Shown here: in pieces, positions 42,801 through 52,600 of the stretch
How positions within the stretch are numbered: the first letter of the stretch is position 1
Layout: each line of letters starts with the position of its first letter
Source of the DNA: Schmidtea nova
Lineage: Eukaryota
Reading direction: 5' to 3'
Assembly (NCBI GenBank): GCA_044892505.1
Contig: CM097883.1
Span: 418,004,001-418,068,000 of the forward strand
DNA length: 64,000 nucleotides
Translations under genes and position numbers: made by a program
The notes under the pieces: generated by a model
What the model was told of the DNA's origin: nothing
The model's database searches: none
The model's input: only the letters and a program-made list of their open reading frames with translations

Positions 42801-43649
42801 AAAGTTTACATTTGTTTTGTGTTCATACTTTTTCTAACTTTTTCAGTGAGTTAATAAATGAAACCATTTAGTAAACCAAGAATAAGGCAAAGTATGTATT
42901 TTTCTAAACTTTAAGATTATTGATTATTATAGGTGAGACTATTGAGTGAATCATGACACAAAATAAATAATTTATGATTTTGAATAGGTTTTTAATGCTG
43001 AAGTCGGCCAAAAAAGCACAATGACGAAATGACCCTAGTAGACTATATTCAATTTTTTAAAGCCCTAAATACCTCCTTTATAAGTCGATAAAATTTTAAC
43101 ATTTTTAGCGTTGCATATACTTTCAAACTAAAAAGAAATTTGGATTTTATTTTTAATATTATTTAATAAACAAATATATAAAGAAACAAAAATCAAAAAC
43201 GAGTAAAAATATAAAACCGACCGTAAAATGTTAATAAAGAATCCTATTGATTTTTAATCAATTTTCACACCTTAAAAGATATTAAATAAGTGTATGTTCA
43301 CGGAGCTTGATTATTGATTGCCAGAAATCACTTGTAAACAAACCATTCAAATGAAAACACATAATAACACCTAAAATATCGATTAGCACTCGTTGAATAT
43401 TTGTTACTAAAAATAGCAAGATAAATCAATATTGATTCTCGGTACAATTTTTTGAAATTGATAAATAACCACATAAACATTTAGTTTAAAAAGAGAATTA
43501 CGCTCAATTTTTTGTCTAAATATTTAACTCAAAAAAATTTAACATAAAAATAAAATCAATGAAAATTTTTTTATAATCGATTAACTTTTGAGAAAAAATT
43601 CAAAAAGCCAGTTGAATTTATTATACGATTCCTATGATCGTGTGTGTAT

Positions 43650-46600
43650 TCAATAATCTTCGTCAAATTCCAAATCATCATCTTCTTCATAATTTGTTAC
43701 ATCATTTACTCTGACAGTTGCTAATTTTGCACCTTTAACTGCTTTCTTTTTCTTACCGGTAGTCTAGAATTCATTATCAAATAAATGGCCATTACTTATC
43801 GAATGCGACGGTTCTTTTTTCTTACTTTTTGTACTTTTGATTTTTCATTTGCTAATGCATTGAACATTACTGAGAATTTCTTTAAAGTGTCGACATCAGC
43901 TGAGAAATAAATTGTTGATAATAAGCAATTCATAAAATGTGAATCATAAATCAAAGCTAGCAAAATTTTTGATAATATACATTTAATTCATATCATAATT
44001 CATATCAAGGCCTGAAAAATCCCTCGATTCGCATAGAAATAATAAAGTTAGAACAAAGTTCTTTTATATTTGAACTAAGACACACAAATGTTATAAATCT
44101 ACAAGTTTGTTTTAATGGATTAATATTTAATTTTAGTCATTCGGCGATAAGAAAATGAGTGAAATTATTTAACATATTAAAGAAGCATATAGGAGAATGG
44201 CTCCGACAGAGCAAGTGTTTTTGGATGTCGAAGAGGGGGAAGACCTGGAGAAATTGCAAAATTGAAGGAAATTTTATTTAAGAACAGGAAAATTACACAA
44301 ATGGAATTTTCATTAAAACTAATTGTTTGCAAGAGAACAATACAGCTTATGTTGTATCAATTGGGATTCAGGAAATTGTGTAGGAGGTTCGTTCCACGGT
44401 TTTATCGGCAGATATGATAGATATACGTTTTGTAGCAATAAATTGTTGTGAAAACTAAATATGCAATTATACACAATCATCGTAAATGTCACAATATTTT
44501 TTTTCTAATTTGAGTTTGCAAAAAAGGACTTGAATCCGAAAAGCAATTACGCGTGGAAACTGGGTTGATTGGGTCGTGAAAGTCTTGGAAAGAATTGTTT
44601 ATTTTAATTATTGTTTGATCAACATGCTCTAAATGCGAAGATACGCTGTAAAACTGCACGATTTATGCTTAGACTGACCATTTGCGCGGAATCATTCGGG
44701 ACAGTTCCAGATTGGCACCTCTGTCCCCGAATCCCGGTTTGGCTACAATATGTTCCGGTTTAGAAATTTTTTTCTTTTTTAAGCTTTGCATATATTCGTA
44801 ACGGAAAAATTAAAAAGGTCATTCGCAGCTAGGTCATTTTTACATTGAGAAATTTCTGGAAATTGGTTTAAAATCAATATCTGTTCTTAGAAAATACATA
44901 AAGCCATTTGTTTCAGTTGTAAAACGCTTGTAAGTATGAATTTAATAATTGCTTGATTGAAAAAATTGATTAAGAATGTCATCAGCAAGTAAACATCGAA
45001 AAACCTCGAGTTTGGATTTATACAAAAAGTTCAGGATGATGAATCACCGGCGATTTGTACAATCTGTTCAAGTCGATTTCTTATCGTTCATGGTGGTCGT
45101 CAAGATATTCTGGATCACATCAAGTCAGATCGTCATACATCAGGTGTAAAAGCTGGATCATCAAGCAAGAAAGTCAGCGATTATTTTCAAAAATTGACAG
45201 CAACGAATGACGAGCAGAAGGTAGCTGGAAAAGAAGAAGTTTTTTTTACATTTCACACTGCAAAACACAATTATTCATTTCGTTCAAATGACTGTACTGT
45301 TGGACTTATCAGAGGACTCTATGATCCAAAGTTTTCACTCGGAAAGACAAAGACTGTAAAATTGTTCTCCAAAGTATTGGCTCCATTCATTGACAAATCA
45401 ATCAAAGAAGCATTAAGCAAGGCTAATTTTGTCTCTCTTATTACCGACACATCAAACCATGGAAACATAAAAATGCTGCTTATCGTTGTACGATATTTTG
45501 ATTCAGCAAGAAATTGGCTATGCCCAACACTTATTTGTCTGGTGTTAAAGGCAACGATGACATGTTTCAATGCATTCTGTTGATATAAATATATTTTGAG
45601 TACCTGGATAAATTTGAAGGATTTGTATTTTGTTTATCTTGGTTGGCATATAGCTGAGTTGCAGATAACCGAAAAGTAAGAATATCGATTTATTTGTTTT
45701 TTATTTTAATTTTTTACTTAAATTTATTCTAGTTAATTAAAAATCATGCCACGAATAGATTTTCGTATAATTTACCTTCACAAGTTTATACTCGGGCACA
45801 ATGTGATGAAAGCAACTCTAAAAATCAATGTGAGTTTGGAGGAAGTTAGGGCATTCGAATCAAAAATGCGATTCTGATTTACTAAATTTTGCGGTGAAGA
45901 TTTTGGTCTTGACGATTAAGAGGGACCAAAGATTGGTGGAATAATATCCACCATTTCTCTACGTTTAAACATGATTGGTGGAATAATATCCACCATTTCT
46001 CTACGTTTAAACATGATTGGTGGAATAATATCCACCATTTCTCTACGTTTAAACATGATTGGTGGAATAATATCCACCATTTCTCTACGTTTAAACAGGA
46101 TTGGTAAGATGAAAAATATGACTAAATGGGCTAAATGAACGACAAAAAAGAAAAAAGATATAAAATCTGTTCAATGCTGTTTATCCGAAACCACAATAAC
46201 CAATTCTGCAATCGAATAATCACTTGTGGCGAGAAACGGATACTCTAGGATTAACATAAAAAGTTTCATGATAACGGATTATTTCTGAGATATTTTCAAA
46301 AACCATGTGATGATCAGTTTGGTGGTCACGAGCATGTTGAAACAATAAATGGGCTGGGACGCTAGTTGGCCAGATAAATGAGAGAACGCAGATATAGGGA
46401 TGAGGTTTGTTAAAGGGAAACCGGCATTAAAATGTGGTGTAGCTATGTTGGAAACTAATTACCCAGGTATTTACGTGTCAAGACAAGCAGCACCAAATGC
46501 AAAACCTAAGATAGATACCAATGACATCAAATTGCACGTGTATTTAAATAACAAAATGGATTTTTTATTCCATAAAGGTCAAGCATCAATGGAAAAAATA

Positions 46601-49600
46601 TACTACGATCTCATTAACAACGACTGTATATTAAATAGAGTAATATTAAAGACGAAACTAGCAGTAGCAATTACAAACCCGGATAGTGCGATGTCATCAC
46701 TACCACTTAATGAAGGTCCGATTACGACGAGGGCAATGCACCAACGAACTAGAAATCGAATATAAAGGAAAATAAGATATGTACAACCAGTAACAAGGAT
46801 CATTAATCCAGTTAGTTTTGAACCAAACCCTTTCAATTGCAGTAATGCATACGGACCATTGTATGAGAAACCAGACGGAAATTGGGCTATGTTTCCTTCA
46901 AGAACAGAAGTACAACAACCTAAAGAATTCGAATTAAAGGACGAAAATTTTCCAATGTGGATGTAAATAATGGAGGAATTTACAGTGCAAAAGACCTTGA
47001 AGCAGCACGACAAAATATATTATTCGCAGCTAGAAGAGAAGCGGTATTATCTAGTATCTTAACGATAACAGGAGGAACAAGCTATCAAGGAGGACCAAAT
47101 TACGAATTATTATAATCACCAGCAACGGAAAATATGATGAAGGCAATGTGGGGACGATTTTTAATTTTCGGACAAATGATGGCCGGAATATTAGGTGTAA
47201 TTTTGATTATACAGATAATACGAGTAATAATAACACAAATGCTAGCATGCTTCGATATTTACAAACGAGAAAAGAAAGTTAATTGGAAACTAATAGTAGG
47301 ATTTTTACCATTTTTAACTAAAACGATAGTGTTACATGGTCACTACTCCAAAGATATTCATAGAATAAAAAGATTATTAAAAATACTGGCAAAAATGAAA
47401 GGAACAGATGAAGACGTGGGAAGAAAATTCAAAATGATAATGAAGGATGAGCAAGCGAGACAGCAATTAAAGAGAAAGAAAAGGATTATGGGAAAGAATA
47501 GGAGGATATATAACCCAAAATGATTCCAGTGATGACGACGATAACAATGACGACTGCGAAGGAGGACAAAGGTATAGAAACCAAGCAGTACAATATATCG
47601 CAAGAATCCAGTGGAAGCATGGAAATGTTACGCACCTCCACCTACAATGTATCAAGAACCACTACAGGCATTAGTACCCAGAGCAACGCAAATGATGCCA
47701 ATGACAAATCTATATCCAATTATACCAGAAGATTATAAACTAAGACGATGTAGAAGCATGGATCCGCAAGGAGATTCACACACAATTGCAGTCATGTCAT
47801 CGAATACAGGACCAGTACTAACCACAACCATAGAAATAAATGGAAAAGAAGTAGAGGTAATGATAGACACAGGAGCAAACATTTCGGCGATAGACATTAA
47901 ATGGATACCGCAAGAACAGAGACGAGAAATCGAAAGAACAAACGTTCATGTAATCGCATGTAGCAAGGAGATAGTTGAAGTTGCAGGAAGATGGTGGGTG
48001 AAAATAAGACACCAAAATATAGAAATCGAAACCTATGTAGCAGTAATTCCAGCATTAAGTGTACCATGTATGATCGGAACAGATTTAATGCCAGCACTAT
48101 TCAAAGAAATAATCATTGACCTAGGAACAATGAGATTAAAAGACAGACCAGGAAAAATATGTGCCATGGAAGCAAAAGTAATAAGCTCGAAACAAATGAT
48201 AATACCAGCAAGAAAAGAGAAAATATGTTATGTCAAAATAGACCCTACAATAGAAGGAGACATGGTTTTCGAACCCAACAAGAGATTCGAAATAAATATG
48301 CTCAGAGCAGAAGAAATGAACACAGTCAGTCAAGTAGACAGTGAGAAAATCGAGGTTGACAAAGAAATCGTACGAAAAGCCAAAGAAATAAACGAAAGAT
48401 GGAAAATCAAAAGGGAAAAAGACGTATTATGTGATATTTGACAAATAATTAGCGATTACGCTAGAGGATTCCCAACCAAATCAGTTATAATTGAACTACT
48501 AAGAAAAATACCAGAGATACTCGTATTACAAGATATAGGAGGTGCAACCGCACTACACAATGCCATAAAGTGGGGTGAAACGGAAAAAGTGAAAGAGTTC
48601 CTGAACATAGCAAAAGAAACGAATCAAAATCTCGACATTGGAAACGCCAATGATGACAGCAACACTAACCTTAGTGGATAAGGAAATAGTAGATATGCTG
48701 ATAAACGCAGATGTCAACTGGGCAGCTTGTGATAGAAGAGGAGATACAGTTCTTAACCACGCAATAATAAGCGCAAATCAGATGGTACTAAGACATATAA
48801 CTAACAACCTCACATTGGAAATCAATGAATTAATAAAAGGAGAAATTAAAAAGGAGGCAATTAGGAAAGGAAATACAAAAACAATACGGAAACTAATAAG
48901 ATGGAAATGGCCGAATAACGAAACATGGGTATTAGACATAAATCAAGAATTTAGCGAAGGACAGAATGCGTTATTGTGATACCTTTTAGAGTTTACGTGC
49001 GATCAGAAAACAATGTTAGCACTAATAAATAGAGGAAAAATAAATATCAGCAAAAACGAAGAATACAAACTAGAAGTCGAAAAGAAAGCTTTATTCAGGA
49101 AAATCTGGATATGGTGCCAAAGACAACTACACAAAGACATAAGTTACAAGGATCTAACCGATTTCCAAAATAAGCATCAAACGATAATAAAGGAACACAA
49201 GAAACTAGTAGAGATATTAAACGACCCAGAAAAATTTAACCAAACAATAAGTCAGAAAGAAGAGGAGAGTAAAAGGATATTCACACCATTGTTCAACGCG
49301 AAGATAGATTACCAAGAAAGATTGGATGCAATACATGAAAAAGCGAAAGAACTATTACCAGAATTCAAGAATACTAAATACGCCTTAGAAATACTTGGCG
49401 CGAAAAGGAGTGTATATTGAAGACGATATAGCAATTATAAAAAGAGAAATGCCAGTTGCATTTTTATTAACTAAGGAAAAAATAATGCCGATTCATAGAG
49501 CATTAAGAGCAGGAAAAGATAACAAGGTAATCGAAATCGCAAGATTAATGCATAAGTCAGAGTATTAGAAGAGTTATATAAAGCAGGCGTAAGATTAATA

Positions 49601-52600
49601 GGAAAAACTGTCAAAGACAACTCAATATTGGACGTGACATTATTAGGTCATAACTGGGAAATGTTGAATTTCATTAAAACGATAACCAATCAGGAAGAGA
49701 TAGATTACCTAACCTAAACAGTAAAAGGACCCAGCGTATTGACAATGATGCAAAAGACCGAATTGACAGAAGAAGTGCTAAATTGGAAATACCAAATACA
49801 AACGAACCAGCTTTTAGAGTCAACAAGTTTATGGAGAAAAACCAAAATTGGTGTATCAGAAGCGCACTATTAACTTACAAATGGCCTGAAATTGTGGAAA
49901 TTTTCATGAGAAGAGAAGACCTGAGATTTACGAACAAGTCTAAAGAAACGGAAAGGAGAGGCGAATGGAAGGAACTGATGAGAACACACATCCAAAGTTG
50001 GATAAAAGCCAAGAAAGAAACTATGCAGTACAGGTTAAACAACAAAAAGATACCCGAAAATATACCCGAAAATATAGAAATCCAAGAATTCGAGGCAAGT
50101 AACCTAGCAACACTAGCTTATGCAAAAATAATAGAAGCGATTAATGTCGAGGACGACATTTTCAACGAGCCAGGGAGAGATAATAATAGTGACAATGACG
50201 ATGAGAGAAATTATGAAAATCCAGATAACCACGAACAAACCAAAGAAAGCGACGAACAAACCAACAAAGAAGGTGAAAATCAAGAGGGAAACACAAAGAA
50301 ACCAGAACCCAAGAAACAAAGAGAAGACAGCAATAAAAACAATAATGAAAAGAAAGGAACAAGTTACAAAAAGAATCCATTTTCAGACCAGAATTACTAA
50401 TACTGGCAATAGTTATAACACTTATGGGACAGGGAGAAGCAACGGAACAACAGACATCAGTAGAAATAATAAACCCGATACAACAAGCATCAATACAAAT
50501 GATGAATTCAAAGGACATTGAACAAGTATGTTGGGTAAGAGAAAATGAACTTCTCGGAAATAACAACCCACTACGATGCATAGACCCAGAACCCGATCAG
50601 AAAACCATAATAATTGACGAAATGGATATGAAAACATGGTATAGGATATGTACAATAAAAAAACCCAAAGACGCAAAATCACACAAAACAGCAGCATGTC
50701 AAGTACTCGAAACACCTAAAGCAACAAAAATAATTAGATATAAGTTCTCCAATGGAATAGATCTTCCAGGACCATTTCATTTTAGAATAACAAAAGCACC
50801 AACAATAAGAAACGTCTTACAACAACCAAGAACCAAGATAACAACAATAAGTACAAGGAATACAACGGATAAACCAGAAGCAAAAAGACTCACGAAACAA
50901 ACCACGAGAGTAACCTACAATACCAAGTTATTATGTATAACACTCATACTAACAATATTGAAGCGATTGGAAGAAGGAATAGAAATGGATACAATGACAT
51001 TAACAGACCTAGAATATACACAAACGACAAATCAAAAATGTTGGTTTAGAAACGACGAGCAATTAGAATTAAATGAACCAAGAGCAAGTCAGAAATCGGA
51101 GGTGGGAAAAACAAGCAAAGTAAACAAGATAGTAAAAATAAAAACGGACAGAACTCATAAACTATGTTTATTAGAAAAAGAGAGAAACAGGCGAGGAATG
51201 ACCAATTGTAAAACATTTCAAGCAGGAAAAATAATAACGTTTGCAAGAAAAATGGGAGGAAGAAATAAACAATACTTCCAGAAATTAACCATAACGTTAG
51301 AAATAATGGGAATAGAACAAAATGTAAAGGGAGTATGTTGGAGAAAATACGAGAAAGAAACGAAAAATCAGAGGAACAACTACAGTACAAATAAAAAGAT
51401 AAGAAAGAAATCAAACATACGAAATATGTTTAGTAAAGGAAAATGATCAAATAACGATAGACGATTCAGAATGCAGAATTTACAAAGCACCGAACAGAGT
51501 AAAAACCAATAGAACAATACGAAAGAATAAAAGACAACGAAATAAAAGAAAACCGAAGCATACTCAGTAACACTTATACTTTGGAAGATAGATAAAAGAA
51601 CAATAGAAATATGTTGGTCAATGATCCAGAAACACGAAGGAAGACAGCCACAGCAATGAGAAAATATGAACAAAGAAGAGGAGATTAGAATGGAGAACCT
51701 ACAAGTGGACAAACAATACGAAATATGTTCCATAGAGAAGGCAGATACATTCGAAAACCAACAAGAAAAATGTGAAACATACTATACACCGACAAATACA
51801 ACGACCAAAGGAAGAATCATGAAACTAACCTTCAATAAACTAAGTCAAACAACGGAGCAAATGGAAAGCGAGGAAACAATAATAGACTCTTATGCAAAAT
51901 GAAAACCAGAGAAAGTAATCCAAGAAGTCAAAAGGAAACAACAAGAACGACAAAAATTAGAACTCGAATTAAAAGGACAATATGGACTAATGATCAATCA
52001 GAGCAAATTCACCCAAATCAATGTCAACAAGCAAGGAAGAGAATTAATTTGCATAGGAATACTGGCAGTAAGCGTACCAGTAATAATAATATTATCAATA
52101 ATAAGGCTATGGGACATAATGAAAAAGAAACCAACCATACAATGGCCAGATATAAAGATTATGAATTGTAAAATCAAAATACCTGAAGAAGTGAAAAAAG
52201 AATTTCAAAGAAGAACCAAAGGCAAAGAATTCTGGAAACAGATAGAAGATGAAGAGCAACACGATGAAAAGACAGTGATGAAAGTATAGAGGGTGGGATA
52301 TGACTGTAAATAATATTGTAAATTACAAAGCATTATAAAATATATAAAAAGAGAAAAGAGAAAAATAATAATGTATATAATTTAGAAAATGAATGTACAA
52401 GAAGGAATAACCGAAATGACTATGACAATGCGATGGAAAGCACAATGTAAAACGTTAGTTTGATCAATCAATTCACTACAAAATCAACTAGTAGAAAAGC
52501 AGAATTTATTAGCAGATTGCTACAACAACATTTTCGAACAACTGCATAAAATAGAGGAGCAACAGAGAATAGTAGAACTTACAAGAGAGAATCAGAGATT

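Noticed and set aside
45931-46105. CRISPR-like appearance of the palindromic 42-bp repeats
   Set aside because: The units are directly adjacent with no unique spacers, the context is eukaryotic and there are no cas genes.
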